From a bacterium (GTDB lineage Bacteria; SAR324; NAC60-12): a DNA stretch of 33,359 bases. The DNA lies in contig CBDDTI010000307.1 of NCBI GenBank assembly GCA_965233585.1, positions 1-33,359 on the forward strand, written 5' to 3'. Both the position numbers and the translations under genes were made by a program. The notes beneath the pieces are model-generated. The model ran no database searches and was not told the DNA's origin. It saw nothing but the letters and a program-made list of their open reading frames with translations. Of the stretch, positions 22,801 through 33,117 are shown one piece after another (position 1 is the first letter of the stretch; the number at the start of each line of letters is the position of its first letter).

Positions 22801-23388
22801 TTCAGCACCATTCGGACGTGTCTCACTCTTGAGCAGTGTTGAATCATTCAGTTCAGCAACACATGGTTTTTGGCTAGTGAGATGTGGCTCAGAGATCTAC
22901 TTAGTGAATATGACTTCAAAAGGGACCTGGTGGAACTCAATCGCAAGGCAGCCCAGTGGACGCACAAAGCAGTCTGGAACAAATGGTGCATGGAACCCAG
23001 GACAGGCTTCACCCTGAGCCGAATGTGGGCGGACTCCGCTTCGATTGTCCGATGAGCCACATTCAGATGGCGGCAAGTCATCCCTTACATCAGGATGGAT
23101 CATTTGCGCGATGACTGGGTGTGCGTGTTTATCCTGTATGATCTGTGCTGTTTCTCTGATGAAAGCATCGGGGTCGTCCACTAATAGTCAGCAGACTGGT
23201 GCAAGTTGACGTGCCACCTTCCAACGTTGTCACGTTGTTCCTTTTTGATGTTGATAGCTGCGGCCACCGTTGGTAAAAAGTGGCGCATTGAATGACCCGA
23301 CCAATAGATCATCCCGATCGGATCAACCATGCCTGCGCCCTCTTTGAACTTCCAATTTTGAAACCTTGGCTTCACAGGGTTCTGCAGT

Positions 23389-24882
23389 GCTGGCCTACAC
23401 TGCATCCAGTGTAAGTTAGTAGTGACTTTCATAACCTCTTACTACATATGCAACCTAGTTGTTAAGAGTGGTAAGTAGGAAAAGGTTGGGGTCCTTCGAT
23501 AACACTATTAAGTAAGGGAGGGATGGTCTAGGGAGGGAAGGGTAACTAACTAGCTGTAGCTAGGGTAGATGATGTCAAAGTACATCCGCGCCATGGCGTC
23601 TTGGAGTTCCTCATTCAGCACTTGCTAGCGTAATGGTACAGCACTGTCTTCGAGTGTCAGACCATGCAGCCATTTTGCAGACCGTGGAATACCTCCCTGT
23701 CTTACATTGCCCGCTAGCTTGCCTGCAATGGAAGAGGCTGCTGTCAACCGTTTGGCAACATCGATTACTCGTTTGACACTGAGCCAAGTCACTTCAGATG
23801 AGATTGATGCTGCCACCAAACTTCTTGATAAGGCATGTCAAAAACTCCGAGGTATCCCAGATTTACCACCTCAGAGAATCACTGACCTTGAGACTGCCAT
23901 ACGTCAACTACGTCAATTAAGCTGCATTTTGGACAGTTGCACAATTGCTGCAAGCTACGAAGTTAGTCAAGCGCAAAAAGCACTGCTACTCATGCCGCGT
24001 ACAGCTAGGGGTGCAAGCACATCATCCGGTGAATTGAACGCACAGGTGTCACTGCCAACAGATGATCAATATCACGCCCTTCAAGATCAAGACCAGCTCC
24101 AAGAACACTAGCGCACTGTGGAAGCTAGGGAACATCATACATCTCGCAAGAAGGCCATCTTCAAGCACTGATGTACTCCCCACGTTGTATGATGATTGGA
24201 AAAGCACTACTGAGCGGATTCTGAGAGTGCCCTGAGTGCCTTAGTTTAGCTCGCTCGACACCATTTCTCACCCTAGATCCGTCTCACCGCCGTTTTCACT
24301 GTTGTCTCACCACTTCAGTTGCTACACGGCGTTGTCGTTGCTAGCATCGAAGTGTTTATGATTGTGAGTTGTTATGCCTTGATGGCTTGCTCTATGTGAT
24401 CTCGGGGATCCTGGCTGGGGGGATCCCTGGTTTCCGCATAGTGCTGTGTTGCTTCACTCACTCGACGGTATGGCAATGTGATTTTTGTGTTTCTGTGTTC
24501 TCTTTTGTCTTGGTTTTGCCATACCAATACCTGAGTTGATACAATGCTATCACCTCACCCTCATCTTTAGTCTCTGAACTGGACCGCCGATCACTTTCCA
24601 CTTTGCCTTTTTTGTTGTGGGTTTTTTTTGGGTTTGTTTGGTTGTTTTTGCGTTGTTTTTGTTGCTCTTGGTGTGGTTTGGCTGTTTGCTGTTTTTCTGC
24701 AATGGAATCGTGACGGCTGCTGGACTATGTACAGGTCCCATACCAGTTCACTTTGGTGGCCTCCATACCTGATGGCGGCTATATGTATGCATTAATTAGT
24801 TAATTTACCGGTTCTATGCAACATGCAACTGAACGTGTTGAACGACCTGGTGAAAGCCAAGAGGCGTTGGACGGAAAAAAAA
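23389..24882 (+). mobile_element. 1.5-kb non-LTR-type insertion with A8 tail and 17-bp TSD, no RT
   Basis: tcacagggttctgcagt at 23372-23388 and tcacaggggtctgcagt at 24883-24899 (1 mismatch). A-run at 24875-24882. Splits the YR reading frame at LQ(T/N)PV. Confidence 0.8.
23707..24111 (+). CDS. Hypothetical helical protein or fragment inside the non-LTR insertion (possibly ORF1-like)
   Basis: 134-codon ORF (ATG at 23728) with an amphipathic heptad-like pattern. No recognised motif. Confidence 0.35.
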   Translation: MPASLPAMEEAAVNRLATSITRLTLSQVTSDEIDAATKLLDKACQKLRGIPDLPPQRITDLETAIRQLRQLSCILDSCTIAASYEVSQAQKALLLMPRTARGASTSSGELNAQVSLPTDDQYHALQDQDQLQEH

Positions 24883-26679
24883 TCACAGGGGTCTGCAGTC
24901 CTGGGAACACCTGTCGGATGTAGATGCCAACTCTTTCGACTGAGGCGTACTTGGCCAAGGGAGCCTCCAAGTTTCGATCAGAGGCCATCACAAAATAGTC
25001 TCTGAAGCCATCCCAGAGATCATACCCGCAACACAGCCAGTCGCATCCAGTTAAAGAAATGCGACGCGACACAAAGATTGGCGTCTCTTTTCACAGGCTT
25101 CCCAGGTCCTGTAGTTTTTGTGCGTACCAGCACTCGTCTAAGCCTCTCTCAAACGCCCTGGGTCCAGGCCTTCCAAGTCAGATACATGTCTGCAACATCT
25201 CGCGGGTGCGCAGAGGAGGCCCGCACATGCGAAGCCTGATTTCAATTGACTTTCTGGCCCCAGACATGGAACCTGAAAGCGCACATGTGGTATCAGCTGT
25301 TTCCGTTCCCTAGCTCCAATGTGGCGATTTGCGATGCAGCAACACCCAGGCAACATTCACCAATCCTTCGCTACTCCGCGCTACTCCGTGCTATGTTTTA
25401 ATTCAATTACCCAATGTAATTGACATGATATCGAAACGATGGCGGAGTAAGAAAGCCTTCAATACTTCACCTTCCCACATCTTTTCCTAAGCAGATTCCT
25501 ACTCCATCCGTTTTAAGTTTATACTATTAATTAATAACGGGATTGACTGAAAAGATCATGATTCATCTTCTTTCTGGGCTGAAAACTTCGGTAGGAGTCT
25601 AGAGGGGCAAGGGGGGCCAACAAGGGGCAGTAGAGTATTCAATACAATCATTCAAATGGAAGCCGGCCACCTGCGCGAAAACCCACAAACTCCGCAACAG
25701 CAAGAAACACCTCAAGCAATCACCTAAGGGCTGCAAAAGGCTGGGCCTTCTTTTAGCGGCAAACAATCAAGCCACCAGACGCAACGAAATAATAAGAAGC
25801 TAACTTCAAGTGGGTTCAAGCAGCAACCGATATGCACCCCGCTTGCCCCAACCAGAAACAAAATCATCACAAAACAGCTTGCTCCGACGGACCCAATTCT
25901 GGGTCCGGAAAACCTTCTCAAAACCGGCTTCGCTCAAAAGGGCCTCCCTAGTGGGTCCCCCGTGAACATTATCATCCAATCTCGAGCCTTGCTCCAAGCT
26001 CGTGCTCGATTCCAGAGTTTTCATTCTCCTTGTATCAAATGCCCTTCGCATGATATCTGCCGGGCTAGACGTGGCCTTGGCCACAGCAACAATCGGAAGA
26101 GCCGCCTCTTCCAAGTGGCCCACAAGCACTGTGAGCCAGTATTCACGCGCTGCTTGCTCGATCTCCGCCCAGCGGGTGAAACAGTTTTCTTGACACAACA
26201 GTGCTTTAGTGTAATTAGGTTTGTGACTACACGTGCTGCGCTTGTGTTCGGTGTGCGTGGTTGACGTACGCGTCTGCCTGCGTAGTTCTGGAGGAATTTT
26301 GATGAAGCGTTGGGCGCACTCATTGCAAAGCAATGATGATCCCTTTATTTGTTTAAAGAAAAAATTTGTCTTGGACAAAATTAAGCAGTTTCCTTCCAGT
26401 AACTGGAATCGTTGACTGACCTAAACCCTGAAACCTTAAATGCAAACACAAACAAACAATTTGCTGAGTTGTTTGAAGTTTGTCGTTCTTTTTGCGAGGT
26501 ACAAGGTACGAGGTTGTTTGTCAAACAAACTGAACCTGAATTCACCTCATGTTCTTTTTAGAACATGTTTTTTAAACAATTGTTTGTACCGCGCTCGCCT
26601 CAAACAGGGAGGGTGGAGTGGGATTCGACTTACACTTTTGAAGTGTGAGATGTAGCAAGGGGGTCGTAGTTTGTTTGCC

Positions 26680-28658
26680 ATGGATTTACCTGACACTGCT
26701 GGTGAGGACGATGGTTCTTGGACACATGTTGGTGACACTGGTTTACAAGATGCAAACACAGAATATGAACCTTCAATTAGAACTGACTTTTCAGGTATGC
26801 TGCCGTTTGCAACAGGTCTGGAAGAGTCGTCAGTTTCAGAAAAATATGACCCAGATGTGATCGTGCAGTCTGCGTGGAAGTCATTGCCTAGTCGTGAATT
26901 GGAGATGCCTTGGGAGAGCGGATTTTGGGACAAATTTTTGGACCCGAACGTTTCAGCTGTGGAAATGATGACACGTGGTATCAAAAGGCCAGCTCCTTTC
27001 CATGTTGAACCAATGACTCATGACGTGCATGATGATACAGTAGAGCAACGTGTGATGGCAAAGCAGACAGTGGAGGTCAAGAATTTTTTGCAGCACATCA
27101 AAGATGTTCCGGAGAAAACATGGAGAGAAGAACGTGAAGCCCTTTGGGAGACATCCATACGCAGGTGGATTTTGTTGCTGGAACAGTGGGAGGCTCCTGA
27201 TGTTCCGTTAATAGCTGCAATTCAAAGCAAGGAAGCGTTTGTAGAGAAGGCTCAGATCATGGTTGATGTTTTTTACAACAAGGCGCCTCAGACGCTCATG
27301 AAGAGAGTCAACAGCCTTGCAAAACTTTGTCATACTCTGCATGGACTAGGTGTACGTTTTCCTTGCAATGAAGAACAGTTTTACATGTTCCTGAAGGGTG
27401 AATCCTCCAGGAAAGCGCCGGCCTCAAGACTGAAAGCCTTTTTTGAGTCTTTGGTTTTTTGCAGACATGTGCTTGGTGTTGAATCTCTGCAGCAGGTGGT
27501 TTGCAGTCGCAGGTGTTTGGGAGCTTCATCAAATGCAGCGTTGTCATGTCCACGTCAAGCTGAACCTTTCAGTGTACCGCAGTTGCGCAAGCTCCATGAG
27601 GTTTTACGTAATGGGCCTGAACTGTGGGATCAAGCAATGAGTGGAATGGTGCTTTTTTGTGTGTATGGCAGATCGCGTTGGTCGGACTCACAGCACGCTG
27701 AAAACTTGTTGCCTGACTTTGACAACCAAGGGATGTTACAATTCTTGGAGATTACATGTTTTTGCCAGTTGCTGCCCCGGCCACAGGGGTTACTGATGAC
27801 TGTTGGGGTCAACAATGGATGCAAGTCAGGGAAATGTTACGTATCAATGATTTGTCCATTTACCCTTTGATGCCGGCGCCTGACAGCGCATTGGAGCCTA
27901 CAAGAAGGCCGATATCGACAGCAGAGGCAAAACGTTGGATACACCATTTGCTGGGGCCTGAGTTGGTAAAAGCTGGTGCAAAGTTGACTAGTCACTCTTG
28001 CAAATGCACTTGTTTGAGTTTCATGGCAAAACGTGGTGTTAACTTTGAAGACCGTTTAGTCTTGGGATCCCACACAAACAAGTTGCGCATGGCAATGACA
28101 TATAGCAGGGACAGTGCGGCCAGACCACTGGCAATCCTGTCACAAGTCTTGACGGAGATCAGGGAAGGCACCTTTGACCCTGACTGCACTCGGAGTGGAC
28201 GCCTTAAGCCAGGGGCAAAACCTTTGGACAGTAATTGGACGACTGCAGCTTTTGGAAGTGGAGAAATGCAGGCAGGCCAAAAGGCAGGCTCTGAGGAAGT
28301 CCAAACAGAAACCAATGTGAGCTCGCTTGAACCTCAACCCGTTTTGCAGGAGCAGGTTGGTGAAGGTGCGGTAGATGTTGAAGAGGGACACGTCACCACA
28401 GACTCCAGTTGCTCATCTGGAGATGAAATTGCGGCGTGGGCCCCGGTGGTAGGTCACTGTAAGGTAGACATACCTGAAAGCAAGCGTTTGTGGTTGAATA
28501 GCAACACAAAGATGTTTCACTTGTCACATGCTGAGCATGTCAGAGTTTTGTTGTGTGGTAGGCGCATCACAGGTAGCTTTAAGAGACACTCAGAGCCTAT
28601 CAGGTTTGATGCCGCAAAATGCAGGCAGTGTTTCAGGCTTAAGGATTCATCGCATTGA
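26680..28658 (+). pseudogene. Tyrosine recombinase with one frameshift near 27755
   Basis: ORFs 26671-27870 and 27756-28658 carry GRSRWSD (Arg), TSHSCK (HxxR/K), LGSH and MTYSRD (Tyr), plus a C-terminal H..CG..CRQC motif. Confidence 0.88.
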
Positions 28659-29115
28659 GCCTTGCAAGAGCGTGGAAACACAGTGGCGGCAACTGTCATG
28701 ACATGTTCAGCTTGGTTTGTCGATTCAGAGTTATTCACTGAAAGAGTTTTGCATTTCGAACATTCAGACATCATGCTGCGAGAGAGGAGACATGGTCACG
28801 CAAGTGACGGACTGATCAAGGAATTGCCGTGATCTGTGGTTCAGACAGATTTGGCGATAGGTTGATCGTGTTGAACTTTTGCACATTTTCAGGCACTCAG
28901 AAGATGGGTTTCAAATCTTTATGTGAAAGAATTTGAAGCTTTTCTTAGGAGTGGGCAGCATGAATTTTCACTATACTTCGAGTTTCTTTTGTTTAAACAA
29001 ATTTTTAATTGGTCAGCTTAACATAAAGGGTGCACGAGACTTTTGTTGTGGACTGAAGTCAACCTCAGGGCAAAAGTGCAGTTAGGTTGTCAAAACATCG
29101 GAAAGAGCCAACGCA

Positions 29116-30318
29116 ATGTCGTTAGCAGATTCTGGTGCGGCGTTTGAACAACACTGCAGAAAGATCAGCTCTGATGGGCACCTACATGGATTGCTGACCC
29201 GGCAGAACATATTGAACTTAAGTTCACTTGCTTTTGCAGTGGGCACTCCACAAAGCCCACCTACCGACGATCAGTTCAAGGAGTTTGCAACTGGCCTCAA
29301 CAATGACCAGGAGATGACTTTTGGCGAGCTAGCTCAGCTTAGAAGGCTTCATTTTGAAGCGTCGGCCATAGTTATGGCAGAGCTAAAGTCAAAGGCCACA
29401 GACACGACAGGTGATGGTGGACGAAAGTTGCCGGTGGCAGAGAAGAACGCGAGGTTGTTGGAACAAGAAGGCCGTTTGCCTGGCTTGAAGATCAGAGGCG
29501 AGATGCAACCATCTTTTGCTCTCATAGATCTAGTAGCACAGATGAAGGAGACAAACTGTGTGACATGGATACCACCTAGTAAGTGCAGTAAAAGGGATTC
29601 AGAAGTACAAAACAGCGTTAAGGAGAAGCCAGCAGTCCTTTCGCTTGAACAACAGATGGTGAAGCTTACATCAGTGGATGATCACATAGCAGTGGATACA
29701 TCCACTGACTTGCAACTGCAATGGGCCCTACAACGTCGAGGATTGGCCTTCGACCAATGTGCGTTGATGAGTCACAATGAACATGAAGTTTGGGTACAGC
29801 AACTTTTGGGGCAAATGACTAGAGATGCCCCAACGGGTTTCTCTAAAGTGACAGCTGGCCAAGTGATTAGAGCAGACCGAGAATTGTTTACCCTGATGGC
29901 ACAGGAACTTCAAGGACCTTTGCAGCCTGACGCAAGAGGAGAGTTGCCAATGGACAAAAAACTGAGAGAGCTTCGCACAGACCCACGAGTGACGATGTTT
30001 TTATTGCCACTCCCAAAGGCAACTACCAGGGACACCGAGAAGGCACAGGCTTCCTCCAGTACTCCAAAGGCGACAACACCGACACCAGTGAGACCGCAAA
30101 AGAAGGCACGTCCATCGGCGAAGGCGAAGTCCATATGCCCCCAGGAGTTGCGTGGTTTCCAACAGAGAGACCCTTCAGGGAACCCAATTTGCTGGGCTTT
30201 CAACCAGAAGGCGGGCTGCAAGAACGAAGTCAACAACGGTCGCTGTAAAAAGGCAGCCCATTGCTGTATTAAGTGCCATAAGACAAATCACAGTTTGGTG
30301 ACATGTCGGGCAGACTGA
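29116..30318 (+). CDS. Gag-like protein with C-terminal Cys/His zinc fingers
   Basis: Intact 400-aa ORF ending ICWAFNQKAGCKNEVNNGRCKKAAHCCIKCHKTNHSLVTC, typical of DIRS-group ORF1, directly upstream of RT. Confidence 0.85.
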   Translation: MSLADSGAAFEQHCRKISSDGHLHGLLTRQNILNLSSLAFAVGTPQSPPTDDQFKEFATGLNNDQEMTFGELAQLRRLHFEASAIVMAELKSKATDTTGDGGRKLPVAEKNARLLEQEGRLPGLKIRGEMQPSFALIDLVAQMKETNCVTWIPPSKCSKRDSEVQNSVKEKPAVLSLEQQMVKLTSVDDHIAVDTSTDLQLQWALQRRGLAFDQCALMSHNEHEVWVQQLLGQMTRDAPTGFSKVTAGQVIRADRELFTLMAQELQGPLQPDARGELPMDKKLRELRTDPRVTMFLLPLPKATTRDTEKAQASSSTPKATTPTPVRPQKKARPSAKAKSICPQELRGFQQRDPSGNPICWAFNQKAGCKNEVNNGRCKKAAHCCIKCHKTNHSLVTCRAD

Positions 30319-33117
30319 CTAGCTCCAAAGGAGCGAACGGGTACAGATGCGGTATTCTTGAAGAGAAAATTGCAACAGTTAAAGACAAGGTTTGCAGAAA
30401 CAACTTGCAAGGCAGGGGACAACAAGTCCGCCGAGGTTTCACAGTCTGGAGTTGATACGAAACTACAGAACAGTTCAGGGCCAACTGGCAAAGCGTCATG
30501 CGACTCTGGTGCGACTTCTTCAACAAGAAGTTCAACGTGCAAATTTTCAGGGATGCCCATCTCTGAACTCCTTTTTGTGGAAGTGTTTGCAGGTACAGCC
30601 AGGCTGTGCAAAGCAACCAAAGAGCTAGGCATGGAAGTCTTGCCGGTGGATAAAACTTCAGCAAGGGCGTCACAAATCTACATCGCCCAGTACGATGTCA
30701 CAGACCCAGAGCAGCTGGAAAATTTCATGGAGGTGTTACACGTGGAAAGACACCGCATAGTGGCAGTTCACCTAGCGCCAGCGTGCGGCACCGCATCAAA
30801 GGCGAGGGAGAAAAAACTAGTAAGCTGGGCAAAGAAAGGGTTCAAGATTCCAAAGCCTCTACGCTCAGCACAAAAACCTATGGGGGTTGATGGACTGGAA
30901 GGACTGGACAAAATCAGGACAGAAGCGGCAAATCAAATTTATGCAGCCACTGCTAGGATCATGCGTTTTTGTGTACAACATGACATACTGTGTTCGGTGG
31001 AAAACCCTGAAAACTCACTGTTTTGGCTTTTTCCGGACATCGTCGATGCAATGATGGAAGCAGAAGGTTTTAGCGTTTCTTTTCACAACTGCATGCACGG
31101 TGGGAAAAGGAAGAAACTGACCAAGTGGTGGTCAACAAAGGATGTTTACGCAGAGCTTCAAAGTTTGTGCGATGGCAAACATCAGCATGCAAAATGGAAC
31201 CCTGTGCAACAGGGATCAGCTCTGCAGTTTCCAACAGCGGAAGAAGCAGCGTATCCTCACTTGCTATGCAAAAGAATAGCGGCCATACTGCTGAAGTATG
31301 CCATTTCGGAAGGTGCAATACAGGTTGATACACTCGAAAAGCAAGTTGCGTCGACAGTGTCTACCTCTCACAGGTGGATTTTAGATATGCTCCCCAAAGG
31401 CAAGAAACTGAAGCCTTTGGTCAGTGAGTTTCAGGGGTACTGTTTTTTCTTGGTCAACCCATCACAGGAACCCGAATCTAGCGCCTTCTTCCAACAGCAA
31501 CTGAAGGGATCAAAACTGGTGCAACGACAATTGCAATGGGGGAGAGTTCGGGTCGTTGAAGATGAGGGTGCGGAGACTTTTTGGTGGGTTAACAGTTCAG
31601 ATGACAAGCACTACCAACTGCACAACAAGTCCGCCACATTGGAAGGAGTCGGAATGGAGCAGGAAGTACAGGCAGAGCTGTGCACCCTGGGCATACCCAG
31701 GGAACCCTGGGACTTTGTTGAAAGAGCAGTCAAGGCTGGGCACCCCAGGTCGCTGGCCATTCACCTGAATGGAGACGTGATGGATATGTTGAAACAGAAT
31801 TTCGCGGAAGAGCCATACAAAGTCATCAAAGAACGAGCGACCTTCCTCAAACGCTGGACTAGCCGGTGTAAGGAGTTGGAGGCCAGTGAGAAAGAACTAC
31901 ACAGCAGCTTGGAGCCCCATTTACAAGAGGTGCTACATGGAAAGCGGTTGCTGCTTTTGAAAGAAATGCTGCAAGAATTGGGCTATCCGGATACAACGCT
32001 GGTAGATGAAATTTGTCATGGTTTCAAGTTGTCAGGGTGGCTGCCGAAGTCAAATGTTTTCCCCTCTTCCTTGAAAAGACCGGCTAGATCAATGGATGCA
32101 GTCCGTAACATGGCAAAGGGGCTCAACAGAAACATCACCAAGCAAGTGGCTTCATCACAGGATGAAGAGCTAGCAGCAGAAGTTTGGGAACTGACAAAGG
32201 AGGAGCTTGACAAAGGATGGGCTTGGTTGGATGAAGGTTGTGATTTTGAAAACCATGTTCTGGCCAAAAGGTTCGGACTGAGGCAAGGGACGAAAACACG
32301 TCTCATAGATGACTGCTTGGTGGGGGGCTTCAACAGCACGTGTGGGTCTACGGAGAAACTGAAGATCCATGCCATTGACGAGATGGCAGCTTACATCGCT
32401 TGGTGCTTGACGTACCTGGGTGAATTTGCAATGGACGGCGTCGTGGGAAAGACCTATGACTTGCGCAATGCATACAAGCAAGACGGAGTTTGCACAGCGG
32501 ACCGATCATTGCTTAGGATCGCTTTTTGGAACCCTGACCTTCACAAGGTGCAATTTCTTGGTTTGAATGCCCTACCATTTGGGGCTATAGGATCAGTAAA
32601 CTCATTTTTGAGGATTTCAATGGCCATCTGGTACATAGGTCTCAGAGGTTTGAGACTATGTTGGACGGCCTTCTTCGATGACTACACCTTGCTTTCAAAG
32701 CGAACTTGTTCCAGCAGTGCGGCAGTGTCGGCAGAGAGCCTGTTCAGCTTGTTGGGCGTAGACTTTGCGAGAGAAGGAAAGAAAGCAGTGCCCTGGGGAA
32801 CTGAAGTTTGCGCTTTAGGTGTGAAGATAAACCTAGCGGCTGGTGAAAGCGGCGACAAACAAGTGACCATAGGTCACACTGAGACCAGAGTCAAAGAGCT
32901 TTGTCAAGCACTGGAAGCCATAGAGCAAAGCGGGGTCATGTCCTTAAAGGACGCTGAAAAGCTCAGAGGGAGATTGCAGTGGTTTGAGACTTTTGCTGGC
33001 GGAAGGGTGGCGCAGCAGGCACTTCGGCATCTGAGTAGGATGTCTTCAACAGTGCGAAAAAGTGAAAGGCTGAATCTGGCCGAGCTCAACACATTCATTT
33101 TTTGCGGAAGAGAGTGA
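30319..33117 (+). CDS. Pol: C5-cytosine-methyltransferase-like domain fused to DIRS-type reverse transcriptase
   Basis: MTase-like motifs: FVEVFAGTA (30574-30600), HLAPACGT (30769-30792), VENP (~31000), GGKRKK, AAYPHLLC. RT motifs: RLIDD, DLRNAYKQ, LPFGAIGSV, FFDDY (32671-32685), LRGRLQW. The frame is open from 30319. Confidence 0.9.
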   Translation, partial: LAPKERTGTDAVFLKRKLQQLKTRFAETTCKAGDNKSAEVSQSGVDTKLQNSSGPTGKASCDSGATSSTRSSTCKFSGMPISELLFVEVFAGTARLCKATKELGMEVLPVDKTSARASQIYIAQYDVTDPEQLENFMEVLHVERHRIVAVHLAPACGTASKAREKKLVSWAKKGFKIPKPLRSAQKPMGVDGLEGLDKIRTEAANQIYAATARIMRFCVQHDILCSVENPENSLFWLFPDIVDAMMEAEGFSVSFHNCMHGGKRKKLTKWWSTKDVYAELQSLCDGKHQHAKWNPVQQGSALQFPTAEEAAYPHLLCKRIAAILLKYAISEGAIQVDTLEKQVASTVSTSHRWILDMLPKGKKLKPLVSEFQGYCFFLVNPSQEPESSAFFQQQLKGSKLVQRQLQWGRVRVVEDEGAETFWWVNSSDDKHYQLHNKSATLEGVGMEQEVQAELCTLGIPREPWDFVERAVKAGHPRSLAIHLNGDVMDMLKQNFAEEPYKVIKERATFLKRWTSRCKELEASEKELHSSLEPHLQEVLHGKRLLLLKEMLQELGYPDTTLVDEICHGFKLSGWLPKSNVFPSSLKRPARSMDAVRNMAKGLNRNITKQVASSQDEELAAEVWELTKEELDKGWAWLDEGCDFENHVLAKRFGLRQGTKTRLIDDCLVGGFNSTCGSTEKLKIHAIDEMAAYIAWCLTYLGEFAMDGVVGKTYDLRNAYKQDGVCTADRSLLRIAFWNPDLHKVQFLGLNALPFGAIGSVNSFLRISMAIWYIGLRGLRLCWTAFFDDYTLLSKRTCSSSAAVSAESLFSLLGVDFAREGKKAVPWGTEVCALGVKINLAAGESGDKQVTIGHTETRVKELCQALEAIEQSGVMSLKDAEKLRGRLQWFETFAGGRVAQQALRHLSRMSSTVRKSERLNLAELNTFIFCGRE

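Larger units (their letters stand above)
23181..26185 (-). pseudogene. Fragmented tyrosine recombinase gene (pieces ~25955-26185, ~24900-25185, 23181-23388)
   Basis: Pieces in order: MRRAFDTRRMKTL/RARAWSKARDWM; DLEGLDPGRL..VRTKTTGPGK..PIFVSRRISLTGCDWL; WSGHSMRHFLPT...GRW...SADY (H-x-x-R, W and Y catalytic residues). Confidence 0.8.

Noticed and set aside
25190..25950. Additional insertion within the minus-strand YR gene
   Set aside because: The sequence is clearly foreign to YR, but no termini, TSD or coding motif could be identified, so it was not annotated.
26680..31290. Prophage integrase plus restriction-modification methylase
   Set aside because: The MTase-like domain is fused to a DIRS-type RT next to a zinc-finger gag, and no phage or bacterial genes are present.
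33095..33105. Programmed frameshift between RT and RNase H
   Set aside because: No clear slippery heptamer, and the related fragment at 17457-18038 runs from FFDDF to IFTDG in one frame. A mutation or homopolymer error is more likely.
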